Of a stretch of 64,000 nucleotides of DNA, positions 23,634 to 36,790 are shown one piece after another. The DNA is from Sarea resinae (lineage: Eukaryota). The DNA lies in the NCBI GenBank assembly GCA_026026165.1, contig JAPEUD010000004.1, positions 124,001 to 188,000 of the forward strand, in the 5' to 3' direction. The notes beneath the pieces were generated by a model. That model was not told where the DNA came from and did no database searches. It was given only the letters and a program-made list of their open reading frames with translations. Position 1 is the stretch's first letter. Each line of letters starts with the position of its first letter. Made by a program: the position numbers and the translations under genes.

Positions 23634-24758
23634 TCAAGTCGCCGAGACGTCCGCGTTCGAAGATGGCGAAGCTAGCTTCCGTGACTGCCTGCTTTGATGG
23701 ACCCTCATTTCTTCTTTTAATTTCTCTCGCAGCCAGGTGCCGATATTCTGAGAGCCATCTTCATTCTTCGCCGCCCACGCCCAGAGCATGCTATCTCCTG
23801 CGTCGATAGTCGAGCGGAAATGATAAATAAGCATCTGCACAATTCTCCTGTCGCACCCGGCCTCGAGAACAGCCAGTCTCATTAGTGACGGCGCGCTCGC
23901 AAAGTCGAAATCATCGAGTAATATGAGGTCTCCCACAGTGTCTGCCCTACCCTCACGTATAGCATCTTCCAGCCCCTCTAACATCACCTCGCTGGCCGTC
24001 GTGTTTTCGAGATCTACCGTAGCTCCTCCTTGCACAAGTATCGAAAGAAATGTGACTTTATCGTCCGTCCAAGGACCGTGAAGCAGTTTTTCCGGAACAC
24101 AGCATCGAATGTAATATTCCTCATCGTTGACGGGAACGTGGCATACAGGCCAGTATGGCAACTCTGGCTCAGGATCAAAATAATACCCCGGATCATAATA
24201 ACATCCTGAATCATAATAAACTCCTGTCGTTGTTCTTCCTTGAGCTCTGGCTACTCTTTCCTCGTACAGCTGACCACATTTTCGGAGTAAGTCCCGGGTC
24301 ATCCATTTACACTGAAGAATTCTGGTCTGTAGATCTGTCCTAAGATAAATCTCGTCCAGGTCCCAGTCAACATCCTCTAGCCTCCCGGGAAATGCAAACA
24401 GCAAGAGCTTGATATAGAGATGTTCACTTGACAGTCTCGAAGCGAGGTGAGGTGACGCGAGTGGGAGGTCGAGATTGAGGGCGTGGAAAAAGATATCATG
24501 CAGCAACTCAGTCGGCAGCTGTTCGAGCAGAGACAGCCGAGGTTGGCGTCTTCGACGCTTTGGGGCGGAAGATTGAGATCGAGAAGTACGTGTAGTCGTA
24601 GAGCTCGAAGGTGTGTTCGAACGAGAGGTTTTGGTGGAGGGTGGTAAAGAGACTGTGAGAGAGCGCTCTTCAGAGTGTGAGGATTGAGATGGAGATTGAG
24701 GAATCCTGTCGTCCTTGCGTTTCCGCTTGCCCCGGACTCGAATTGGTGTGAGTGACAT
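23634..24758 (-). CDS. Hypothetical protein with basic NLS-like N-terminus and F-box-like segment
   Basis: Intronless 374-aa ORF; RVRGKRKRK, PKRRRR, LLEQLPTELLHDIFFHALNLDLPLASPHL. Confidence 0.75.
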   Translation of the reverse strand: MSLTPIRVRGKRKRKDDRIPQSPSQSSHSEERSLTVSLPPSTKTSRSNTPSSSTTTRTSRSQSSAPKRRRRQPRLSLLEQLPTELLHDIFFHALNLDLPLASPHLASRLSSEHLYIKLLLFAFPGRLEDVDWDLDEIYLRTDLQTRILQCKWMTRDLLRKCGQLYEERVARAQGRTTTGVYYDSGCYYDPGYYFDPEPELPYWPVCHVPVNDEEYYIRCCVPEKLLHGPWTDDKVTFLSILVQGGATVDLENTTASEVMLEGLEDAIREGRADTVGDLILLDDFDFASAPSLMRLAVLEAGCDRRIVQMLIYHFRSTIDAGDSMLWAWAAKNEDGSQNIGTWLREKLKEEMRVHQSRQSRKLASPSSNADVSAT

Positions 24759-26884
24759 GATATTTACAGACGATTGGACGGACTGAGATCATCTGCAAGA
24801 GGGTGAATGGCAAGATGAAGAGGCGGATTGAACCGGATTGAAGGTATGATGAGATGAGACGATCTGTGAGGGACGACGGTATGTAGTGGAATGAAAGAAA
24901 AGGAAGGTGATCAGGAACAAATGGACTAAGAGAGGTGCAAGACCTTGGGCACGCCTCCTCAAAAGAGATTCGGCGTGCGAGGATTGAGTTCAATTCATTT
25001 TGGGGAAATATTGTCAAGTGCAAACCCTCTCAATACTCACGAACATCGTGAAATTTACTTATCGAGTACCTCAGGTAAGGTAAGGTACTTTATCGAGTGA
25101 AGACCAGTGGTAACCGAAAGAGGTATGGCGCCTGATTTTCTTCAAGAGCAAAAGTGGCGTTTGCGGACGGATCAGCAGGTCAAGCCACAGCAGTACTCCG
25201 GAGTATAGCATCCATAGCACAGCCACAGCCCGTCTTAGCTGTCCGAGCAAGTCAAAAATAGAGTTTTCAGATGGCGCTTTTCCCTGAAGTCCCCTTTCGC
25301 AGCTGTCCAATTGGAATCATGCCCACGGCTTTCGCGCAAACGAATAATTGCACGGCTGATCAGGACTGTAGCCACCATTAGATGCGGTCGAATTGGTACC
25401 TTAGCTATGCTGGAAATCAATGAGCCCGGGTGCACAGTCTCTGGTGGGGAAATGACAGGATGTTTATGTCTTCTTTCCTGAGAGGAAAGCTGGTAGAACC
25501 GGCTTCGAAAACCGGTAACAGCTGCGACAGGACAGTGACAGGGTGGGCATCCCAAGACGACAGTAAAGTCGACCAACGGCAGGAAAATGGCATTCCTGAT
25601 CATCAGGATGACATGCAATTTCCGCACCCTGCGCATCATGTCTCACGAACCCCTGACGTCACACATCACCCACCGGCGATCGACTGGGTGGGGCCTCCAG
25701 TTGGAAAGCGCGAACCTGGCTGGCCTAGGTACCTTCCGGTGTAGTCGGACTACCGAACCGAACGAGGCAAAGGAGCAAGACAAGCTCGAGGAAGCGAAGA
25801 GAAGCGGCATTGGCATCCTTCTGCTCAGCGCAGATCGCGAGATACGAGGCCAGATTAGGATGGTGTGGAGAGGGGCTGGGCGGAAACGGGCCAGCAGTAA
25901 TGTCATCGTTCGTTCAGACGTTCAGAAACCCTCACAGCGACAGAGGATTCGAGAGGACTCGGCGCTCTGCACGCGCCACAGACTAAGGTACTGATATCAA
26001 CTGCCAACGTCCGGGCCCGCCAATGGCCTCTCAGACTCGACGCATTCCCTGAGAAAGCGCGCCACAGCTGTGGCGTTCTCCGCATCAACTCACCCCATCG
26101 CTACCGGAACAAGGAATGCGCCCACATAAAGTTCAGGGTTCGCTGCATCAATCCATTCAATCCATCCAGGTTCAGGGGGCGAGGTCGATAAATGGCTTGT
26201 CCAAGTTTTTGCCCACCCTTTCACGTCAAGCATCTTCAGTGCCCAAAGCGGATGGAGAGGCGTCCCCTTCATCGCAGTGGCCCCACCAATAAGGTCCTTG
26301 CCCGGGCCTGCTGTGCAGCGCGCCATGATGCAACCGGTGTCATTTTCTGGTCTCGCATGTATGGAATTAGCAGCAGTTGATCCTTTTTAGCCGTATTCTG
26401 CGCCTTAGCAGCTCGATTAGCATGAGAACGGCAGCGGCCCCCAGCAACGTACTAAGGCAGTGACAGGCATATGACTTCATCCCTCATATCCCCATGGTGC
26501 ATCATACCTTGATCGATCGGTTTGTTTCTGACTTGCGACACGAGAAGGGGTTGTACGGTGTCGAGCCAGTGGAGGTAGGATTCCCGTCAGGCTGGCTGAC
26601 TGACTGACGCAAATGCCAGTGAATGTTATGACTCGTAGCACACCCAGCCCCATTCATTATAAGTAGACACCCGTGTCCTCCCTCCCCGACGTCGCTCCCT
26701 CTCTTCTTCTGCAAGCAACAAAGCACATAAGCAATTCACGCCCCTTCCACTTACATACATAAATACGCCCAACGACTTTCCAACCGTCTCGTCTTCTGAT
26801 CATCATCGAAGACAACTAAGCAAAGGTCGACTTCAAAACCAACAAAACTCCCCAAACAAAACCACAACACAAACCTCATTCGAA

Positions 26885-27173
26885 ATGGGTGCCGTCGTCT
26901 CCTGCGTAAGTTCCCGGCTCTCCATCTTGCACTTGATAGGGCCTCGGTCTTCTCAACCATCGCCACTAACACACCACGCAGATCACAGCGGTCTTCCGCG
27001 CCATCGGCGCAGCCCTGATGGCCATTGTCAACGCCTGCGGCGCCATCATCATGGCCGTCGTGAACGGTGTTATCGCCGTCTTCGACATCATCATCGGCTG
27101 CCTCACCTGCAACTTTAGCGGACGGCGGAGACATCGCGTCGGCGGGCATAGAACGACGACTAGTACCATCTAG
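26885..27173 (+). CDS. Small (70 aa) membrane-associated microprotein
   Basis: ATG in AAATGG context, intron 26906-26981 (GTAAGT..ACTAAC..CAG); product MGAVVSCITAVFRAIGAALMAIVNACGAIIMAVVNGVIAVFDIIIGCLTCNFSGRRRHRVGGHRTTTSTI*; strong C-ending codon bias. Confidence 0.85.
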
Positions 27174-28513
27174 TTCGTCTCTTTTCGTGTCACGTCGCGC
27201 CGCATCTCGCGTCTGAATCTTCGTTCTTGCGCTGCTGTCAAATTTCTTCGCCCCCAAAGGGTGATTTGGAGGTGGTGGGGGGGGAGGCTGACGGCGTGGC
27301 ACATGACCAAAGAGAGCGTGCTGTGTGATTGAAGCAAGCAACGACAAAAAATGAATGAATGGGTGGACGGAAGGGAGACGAGATACGCGGGATCGGATGG
27401 ACGAGGTGTTTTACTACTTCTCGATGATACCAAATTTTAACTTTACTGCGACGGTCGGATACTGAGGAGGCGGAGGGACGGCACTGGGACTTCTGGGGAA
27501 GTTGTAATTGCGAATACCAAAGACCTTTTACTTCCACTTCAACACATTCATTCGTCTACCTCAATCGTGAAATGGTGATGACCAATACTGCAACGCCGTA
27601 TCTTCTAGACTCACCGTGATCTTCGAAAGCAGTGTGCTGTCTGTCTTGTTTACAGGTGCTGCTTTCTCGATACATCTTCATCCATCTACTACGGAGCCGG
27701 AATTCATGCGCTCATATGCCTACCTCTCAGTATCCAACCACCCAAAGAACGCAGGGAAAAAGTAAGCAAATAATATGGAAAGGGAAATGAATTAGTCTCA
27801 AGGTCAAGTTGTTGTAAAAATTCAAACATTCTATAGTATTAATATTAAATTACCGAAAACGGTCCGGGTCCTGTGTCGAGATGAAAGCTAACGAGCAGCT
27901 CAAGACGCTCAACCCCCTCCTCTCTCCATCTTTCGTTTCTCTCTTTCCTTGGCTTCTATTATAGTCTTGCAGTCGTCCGTACAGACAGATGAAGCCGAGG
28001 ACTACCACTCCGTGCCAACATTCTTCTGAGAGACCTGTGTCGTATCGTGCTCTTCATGGCCTCCCACCTCGGAAGCTCGTAAGACCTGGGATTCGTAGCT
28101 GTGCGTGGGTGCCCTTGAATGCGTGCGAGAGAAACGAGTCTCAAATCCTCCCGTCTCTGTTGCAGACTGTCTAAGACTGCTACGTGAGTTGCAAAAAAAA
28201 TGAGGGTTGAAAGTTCTGGACTCGCTGGCTCCATTGCTATGTATACTCATCTAAGTATGCACTTTCGTGAAGAGCGAGATTGGAGGCTTGAGTGAATGAG
28301 AGACGTTTAGTCTTAGCGAAATATGCGACGTGCAGCCGATGTGCTAAGATGGACTGGTTCTGTGGACGGACCTGGAAACCGGATACCTGGGTTTGTTGTA
28401 CGATGAGGCTATAAGCTGTGGGTTTGGAGGTGTAAAGGCCGAAGTGAATTTCATCTGGCAAGGGAACGCTCCCCTCCATCTTGGGCGTTATGAGGCCCAG
28501 ACACATCATCATT

Positions 28514-30098
28514 CTACACCTCGGCATCATCCTCATCCACCTCTTCATCCGCCTCTTCATCTTCGTCTTCCTCACTGGCCTCAGCCCTCTTCTGCCTCAA
28601 TTTCTTCGCCCTCTTCCTCTTCTTCTTCTTACTCTCCTCGCTGACCTCTTCATCAGCTCCACCCTTCCTCCTCCCTGATCGAGAAACCAAATGCTCTATT
28701 GGGCACCCCTTGTCCCAATCCTCGCTTCCCTCGCCAGTTGCGGCCCGACACCTTGGGCAACTTTTCCCATGCCGGATTAAAAGCTGGTGCAGCGCGTACT
28801 TAAGGTCGTCCGGCACGCGCACCTCGCAATGGCTGTACGTGGTGTTCCTCGTTGCCTTATCCGGTGGAACCCATTTCAACCATTTGCAGAGGCGGAAAAC
28901 GTGTGTATCGACGGCGAAGCTGGGGCGTTGCATACAGAAGAGCAGCACACAGGAGGCGGTCTTGGGCCCGATACCAGGATATTTAATAAGAGCTTTGAGA
29001 GCATCGTCTGAGGAGAGAGAATGTAGATAGTCGAGGGATAAGACGTGCTCGTCTGCGCGGGAGATCTCGGCTTGTTTTTCCGTGGCCGTTTCGTTTTGGG
29101 CGCCTTTAGGCTCATTGGAATTGGTTGTACCCGGATCTACGAGGGCATTTCGTCGAGCTATATTCTCCTGGTATACCATTTCGAGGATTTCCTTGATGCG
29201 TTTGCTTTTTGTCGCAGCGAGACCGCCGGATTCGATGGCTTTGAAGACCTCTTTTAAGTCGGCTCGTCTCACTTTGTCCCAATCTACACTGCCCTTTCCA
29301 ATGCCTTCCTGCAGTATGCCAAACTTGCTGACCAAACCGGCAAAGGCCCTGGAAGAGTTCGCTCCTGTGGTTGCGGCAGAGAGGAGGGTGCGGATCAAGG
29401 CGTCGAGGATGGAAGGAACTTCGCCGCAGCCGGAGACGGTCTGAGATGGCGCCGGAATAGTTGCTGGAGCTTTGACTTCGCCGTGAACTTTGGAAAGGAG
29501 TCTGGTGACTTCTTGACACTCTTCAGGGCTAGGATGTGGCCAGTCGGGATAGGGCGTCTCTCCTGGCGTAAGGCCGTAAGGATTCGCCTTTACCTTTCGA
29601 GGTTTCTTTGCTGGAGACTCCTCGGTTTGGGACACTGATCCCTCGACTTGGGAGGGAACTAGCACCTTGGCTGGAGAAGCTGCTTGTCTCGCCTTCGATC
29701 TACTGCCGTACGCAATCTCCTTTCCAGAGGGTGTTTGACTCGGTGTTGCAATTTTCCCGAGATTATGGGGTAGCTCGTTGATGTCTGGTTCTACTTTTAC
29801 ACCTGTTGCCCGCTTTCTTTTTCTTGTGTTCACGGATGTGACTGGTGTTCCTAATTACGTCTTAGTGATCACGCAGCTGAAGATCGTCTCACGACTTACG
29901 TCTATTCGGTGCTATGGCGCTTTTCGTCGGAGACGGGGTAGCAGGAGGACTTGAGAGCTGTTGCTCAGGCTTAATGGCCGGCTGAGCAAGGAAGGCTGCT
30001 TCTTTAGCGGCAGAAGCCCGAGTTACGCGGGTCGCCATTGTTGTGAAAGGGCGATTATAGAAGATTGATCTGACTGGACGTATGGGCAAGCGCTTCAT
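28514..30098 (-). CDS. HhH-GPD family base-excision DNA glycosylase (second in-frame ATG at 30038)
   Basis: LDALIRTLLSAAT, GGLAATKSKRIK, HhH LIKYPGIGPKTASCVLLF, FAVDTHVFRL, HGKSCPRC; one intron near 29851-29899. Confidence 0.9.
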
Positions 30099-31086
30099 AC
30101 GAAGGTATAATTTCAACCAGACGAAGGAGTCGGAAATAGATCCGAAGGGCAATGTTGGGGACGGTCGTCGATGTTTGTTCTCCTATTGTGTGCAGTACGT
30201 CGGTCTTAGACAGGGTGCGATTCAAGGATTTATCGTAGCGCCCTAGAGATCTGGAAAACTTGGATTAGTGTTTGCTGGTGAATGATAATTCCTAACACGA
30301 GACTGCAGTGCGAATGCATTCAATGACAACAAGAGATATGAATATTCGCGAGCCAAGTGGAATACCCAAAAATGTAGACGTCATAGGGGCGAATGGCAGC
30401 CGAACCCTTTGGCATTTCAGAACAATGGCGAAAGAGGAAGAACGACAACGCATGCATTCTTTCCAGATTCCAGTATTGCTTGCCGTGGTTTGCCATCGCT
30501 AAGGAGCATACCCTTCGACAAAACCGTGCAATGAAACCAAAAGCTGAACACCCGTTGTTATACATACTTCTCGTAGAACACCGGTCGCTACTCGTGGATC
30601 AGAGTAGAGAGCGTGAGGCTCCTTTCATGCCTCTTTCTCACCCGAAGGTCTTGAGAGAGAACAGTATAAGAACGCTTGAATACATCGCCGATTTGCTAGT
30701 TGAGATTATTGTTGATGGCATTTGCAAGGGAGAGCTCCATGTTTGCTAAGGGAGACTTGGTGTCGAAAGCTACTCGATCTACTCGGAGCACATCCTAGAT
30801 GCAAGGGGCGCAAGAACTTAGGTGCAAGTAGCGATCCGCCCAGAGATCGCCCAGAAATGACTTATAGACATGTTCCCATGTCTCGCAGCCAGCTATGGGC
30901 ACGGAGCTAAATCTAATCTAATCTAATCGACCCCACGAAATTGATCCTCATCCCTCTCGTCCACTTCATGAACTTCCACAAATTTGACAATAAACCCTCC
31001 GCGCTCTTGCCGTATCTCCTCCTCTCCCCTTTTCTCTCTCTATATCACAACTTTCCAGTCTATGCAAAATCTTTTTGGTCGGCAAC

Positions 31087-32804
31087 ATGCAATTGAAGTC
31101 CCTCCCCTCCCTCGAGTTGCCGCCAACGGTAAGCAAGTCCTACCACCATAGATCTACCGCCTATCTTGCAACGCCAGCCAGGCCATATATGCCCGCGATT
31201 GAAGGACTTAGTCGCTGACTTGCTATCTCAATCGTAATAGGCGGACTTCCATGTCCATCTCCGCCAAGGGGATATGATGGAGCTCATCACGCCGCTCATA
31301 AGAAGCGGCGGATGCGATACCGTATATGTCATGCCGAATCTCCAACCACCTATAACGCGAGTCGCGGATGCCCTTGCTTACCATGAGAAGCTGACTCGTC
31401 TGGCTCCCGGTGTGACGTTCTTGATGTCTCTCTTCCTACATCCTGGCCTGAACGCAGAAGTAATCGCCGAAGCTGCTCGGACGCATCTCATACGTGGGGT
31501 CGGTGCTCGCCCCTTTCCATACCATCACATGATGGCCTGGCATAGCCTGTCTTAAAGATTCTTGCATGCTGATTTGGACTAAAGGTCAAGCTCTATCCAG
31601 CAGGGGTATGATTCAAACATTCAAACCTCTAATCGAATGAAGGTGGACCAGACGCGGCTGATCGCTGGAGCAGGTCACCACCAACTCTCAAGGTGGAGTT
31701 CTGGATATAGAGCAATACTACCCTGTCTTCTCGGCAATGGAAGAGCACGGCTTAATCCTAAATCTCCACGGTGAAATGCAAAGCTCCCCTCCGGCTGCAT
31801 TTGCCAAGGCAGACGGACTACCAGCCGTAACGGTGCTCAACGCTGAGCCCATGTTCCTCCCTCAACTTCACAAACTACATGCCGCATTTCCCAAACTACG
31901 CATTGTCCTAGAACATGTGAGTACGAGGGAAGGTTTAGAAGCGGTGCGCCGATGCGGCCCAACGGTATGGTACCCAAGGATCCACTCTACGAAATTTGCC
32001 AGCTTCTCAGACACTGTCAAGCTAATCGATGTTGATCGTAGGTGGCTGGCACGATCACCGCGCACCATCTGTGGATGACGGTCGATGACTGGTGTGGAGA
32101 TGTTTTCAGCTTCTGCAAGCCCGTTGCCAAGGTATGCCTCTTTTTCTCTTGGTGGTCGTAGAAGCCGCACCCGGATCTCCCAAAATAAATCACATGAGTA
32201 TTGTTCTGGTCCAAGCGTAGTCACAAGCGACAGATAGCCGCACAGCGAGCTCCAGCGAGTCACTCTGCTAACTCTTCCGCCAGACGGCAGAGGATCGAGT
32301 AGCGCTAGTCCAAGCAGTGGTTGACGGCTCCGGGAAGTTCTTCTTCGGTAAGCTCCCATCCGATTCCTCCATCTGCCGTTTTCTTCCATTGCCGAATCAC
32401 ATCTAACAGACACCCCAACATAAGGATCCGACTCTGCGCCGCACCCCCTCCAATCCAAAAAGGGAGGCACAGGCGGCACAGCCGCGGGCTGCTTCACGCA
32501 ACCGTGGTGCACGGCCCTTGTACTGGGGGCGCTCGAAGAGGCCATCTCCCAAGGATGGATCCCGGAAGAAAAGGTCACTGTTGAAGCGATCTCGGGCTTT
32601 CTTTCCAGCAGCGGCCGCGCGTTCTACGGACTCGCGCCCTATCGTATGGCGGTGGAGTCTTCGGAGGGAGGGCGGAGGAAGATTAGACTCCAGAGGAAGG
32701 GCGAGAGGATCGGGGACGTTGTAAGGTCGCCCGATGGCAATATAGAGGTCGTGCCTTTTGGAAGGGGAAAGGAGGTCTTCTCATTGGAATGGGAGCGGTG
32801 TTAG
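31087..32804 (+). CDS. Dihydroorotase, homodimeric type (Ura4/PyrC-like), 7 exons
   Basis: Spliced motifs ADFHVHLRQG, VMPNLQPPI, VKLYPAGVTTNS, LNLHGE, VLEHVST, TITAHHL, FCKPVAK, FFFGSDSAPH; metal and catalytic residues all present. Confidence 0.92.
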
Positions 32805-33531
32805 ATAGAAGACAATGGGTATTCCTTCCATCCGTAGACATACATACAAACATAAACACACCTCTCCATGGCCAGATACGTTATCACTTGGTCGCCGTGA
32901 TTGATAAGATTGAGAGGCCCACCAGCAATTCGCACTATACAAATGCAAGATTCATTCATTTAATCTCATTCTCATTGACTAATCTCGTTTGTGTCATAAC
33001 CGTAATCATGATCATACTATGTACACCTTCCTTGAAGGCCGCACGCTAATATCTTCTCTTTTTATTCCATCCCGATCTATGCCCATAATCCAACCTGTGC
33101 CATATGATCTATACGCTCATATGCCATGATGCCATTCATTATACCATTATCATTATTTCCATTGGGTGTCGGCGGTGCAGATGCAGGTTTCCAGTGTATC
33201 GTTGTCCGGATCTGTGTGTAGGTAAAGGCTGAGCTGAGGCCTTCACGGTAAAGTGACCGTTCTGCCGGCGTCAAAGCCTGCCCCATTGTCTGCCTGCCCG
33301 AGCATGCCGCTTTTCCCATTCGTTGTTCCTTGCCTCTCTGCCATCTTTTGCAATAGCAGAAGAAATTGGTGATTGTGCTCCCATATTCCATCCATCCTTC
33401 AACCCAACAACCCAACCTTATGCCGTAGATAAACTTCGCTAGAGCGCAAGGGGTATAAAACCGACCGTATCCATGCACGACCACGGATATAACGCCTTTC
33501 ATGAACAGAACGCAACAAGACGCTCTCCAGG

Positions 33532-34981
33532 CTATGCTTTCGCAAATATCTTCTTATTAAGCCAGAGTCTCGAGACAACGTTACTGCACGTGCCAACAAT
33601 GACCATGAGACCACTGAACACAGAAGCTTGCCAATAGGTGCCAAAGTTCCGAATCATGGCCCCATTCATCGGCGTCCCTGTCAAGCCGGCTAGACTGCAG
33701 AACCCCATGCCCATTCCAAGATATGTCCCAATGTCCGAGGGTGAAGTAGCGCATTCGGCCACGCAGGGCGAATAGAGCGATACGACAGCTCCAGACATGA
33801 TGCCAAAGAATACGGCGAAGACCGTGATGCCTGCATTCGAGGTCGCGGCTATCCAGCAAAAGATCAGGATCGCGGAGGCGAGGTCGGTAAGGATCATCAT
33901 GTTGAAACGCCCAAAGCGGTCGGCAAGTGTCCCAGCAGTCGTGCGCCCCAAGAATGAACCTGCGTTGTAGATGGAGACTTCATAGAAGGCCATGTTAAGG
34001 CTCATACCATGGGCGACGCTGTAGGTCACCAGGTAGAAGATGGGCGTGTAGAGCCCCAACAATGTCGTGAAGAATCCGATGTTAGCAAAAACGTAGGGAA
34101 CGTTCTTCCACGCTGCCGGGAGTAGGATGTCTCTTCCCTTGCGGCGAGGTGCCCATTCAATGACCAGCGCACAAGTGGTGGCCAAGAGCGGGAGCATGAT
34201 GAATCCCACAATGCGGACGGTCCAGCCAAACCCTATAGTCGAGAAGTTGAGAAGTCGGTTGAGGACGATTGGCCAGATGACGCCGCCGATGGATGCACCG
34301 CTGGTGACTAAGCCCATAGCAAGAGCACGCCGTGTCGTAAAGTACTGGCCCGCAGCTGATACGACGGGAGTGAAGATCATGCCGCACGCAAACCCTCCCA
34401 GGATGCCCTGGGCGAGGATGAATTCGTACATCTTGCGGCACAGGCTAGTCATCATCACAGAGAAAACCATGGTGATGGAAGCTGGGATCAACACCGCCTT
34501 TGATTGAAAGATCAGTCAGCAAGACGGTCAGCTTAGGTGACACAGCAGGCTGCACTTACCCTTGCCCCATAGCGGTCGAACAAAGGACCACTGAGGAGAC
34601 CGCTGAGGAAGAGCAGACAGACCTGCAGCGATCCTATCCATGAGATGTTGCTTGGCGTCTCGCTGGACAGAAAGTTTCTCTGGTAATACTGCTGGTAGAC
34701 ACTGCCCAGGTGCAAGACACACGGTCAGCAACAAACACTCTCGATTTTCAAAGAGTAATGGTCCCGGCGGACAGGATGGATTACCCAAAGGATTGGATGT
34801 AACCGAAGGTGCACATCTGCGACATGGTCGCCCCAAGAACAACAGACCATGCTCTCAGCCCGCCATTAGGAGCTGCTTGGCCCTTCGCCGGCCGGGGAAT
34901 CGAATTCTGAGTCGAGTTTGGACTTCGGCCCTGCTCCAAGTCCTCCGACCTTTTTTCTTGCAGCGGGTCGCCGTTCTCCAT
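33532..34981 (-). CDS. MFS monocarboxylate-porter family transporter (Mch-like)
   Basis: PNGGLRAWSVVLG, SNISWIGSLQ, GPLFDRYG, FILAQGILGG, QYFTTRRALAMGLVTSGASIGGVIWP, LADRFGRFN; two introns. Confidence 0.92.
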
Positions 34982-36755
34982 CCTGCGCAGTCTCACCCAA
35001 TCGGAATGTGGCGGTGAAGAAACGACGAGCTGCTTTGAATCCGGTAAGGGAAACGAGACGGTCGGCTTCAATGGGACGGGCGGCAGAGCTCTACGACGTC
35101 GACAATACTCTTGATGGGGACAATTGCATGGCAATTCAATGGACACAGAAGTAATGGTAGAGACAAGTGTATTATAGCAACTAAGAACGAGAGATGCAAA
35201 GCACGGGCGAAAGGCAGGGCGGAAATCCGTGACGTTTCATACGCGGCAGTACTCGGACTTAAGCTGGCATCTGCGGAGAGCAGCAATGCAGGTAAAGGTC
35301 GCGGCAAGAGAGGGTACTTACCCACTGATTTGCAGTGCGTGAAGGAAGACCGACCCAAAGGAGGAACTCGAGGTCAATGAGAGAGGCACAGCATGGCACA
35401 GGGCACAGGGCACAGGGCACACCACGGGACGCAGAGCGAGCAGATGGATTGAGGGAGCGGTGGAGAGGTGAAAAGTGGATTCCACATGATATCGTGTCTG
35501 TTTCGTACTAGATGATTTGCGGGCCGTTGCGCTGGCATCCGCAGACGATCGGGGTGTGTCGTTGCTCTACTTGATCTAGTAGTCCTATGAGTAAGGTACT
35601 CGTCGTGGCTAGTCGCAGTTGAGCACTTGCTTGTACTCCGTAGCCGCCGAAGACCACCTGAGAAGGGGTACGAGGTACGATTCGTGCGTGGGAGGCAGTA
35701 CGGAGTACTCGTCCAGTCGATTACTCGGCCTGCCTTACTCTAGAGCAGGTCAAGTAGAGATTAGCAAAGGTCGGCAGGCAAGCATCAGCCACTACGGCAG
35801 CTTAGGTTGGACTATTGGACGGCCAGAATGGGATCGTCGTCCGAGATAGGAGTCTGAGCCCTAATCGTCATAACGTCCATCCCAATCGAGCGCGTAGGGA
35901 GATGATGGCTTCGTTAGTAGTGAGCTTGAGATGGGAGAAGCAAATGATGAACCCCATCGCGAGGGGGAGAAATGAAAGGGACAGGCCAACGCAGAATAGA
36001 GGGACGGCGTCGAGAGTATATCGGGAGAGAAACGTGGAATGGAAGAGCTTGGAACCCTTGGAATGATGCTCTAGCCGTAGAACGATCGGAGGGTCTATTC
36101 TTACCTCCAGGGCTCCCTGAGGAGTTCGGAGATACTCTGTGGTTGTAATAGTAATCTCCAGTCCATGGCATGGTCGCACAAGGCGACAGCGGCAGACTCG
36201 CGTGGAGATTAGATACCGCGATGGAAGACTTTCCGCCTTCCGAGGCCGAGCAGCGAGAGCTCATCTGTGAATTGCCGATCCATGCTGAAGTTGACGAGAC
36301 CGACATATCAGACTACATCAAGTACCTCCTTGACTGGGGTCCGTTCCGATCTTGCAAGTTCGAATTGTCAGAGGTTACGAAGATACCAATGTACCTGACC
36401 TAGGTACGAAGTACGAAGTATGCTGATGGGGACTCTCGCCATCTCTCGATTCCTCTGCATTAGAGTCTTCGAGGACCCTCGGGCTATATGCAATGGGCCC
36501 TACCAATAGCATACGGAGTATGCCAATTACTAGGTAAGTTCATCTACGATGTCGCAAAGGCTTGTCTAGGCTCGAATATAGGTGACGCATGTCCGATTGT
36601 TATGTTCGACGTGGGTGCCAGTTACTCTACCTACCTACCTGCCTGACCTACTAAGCCCGATCCAGGCACTGCGTCAGCCCTAGGAAGGATTCAATCGACC
36701 AAGTATGTAGCGTGTAACGGTGGCGGCAACAGCTGAAGCAGCTTAAGGTGGAGGC

Positions 36756-36790
36756 AGAGAGAGAGAGAGAGTGAGAGAGAGGGAGAGAGA
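36756..36790. repeat. Interrupted (GA)n microsatellite
   Basis: AGAGAGAGAGAGAGAGTGAGAGAGAGGGAGAGAGA. Confidence 0.9.
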
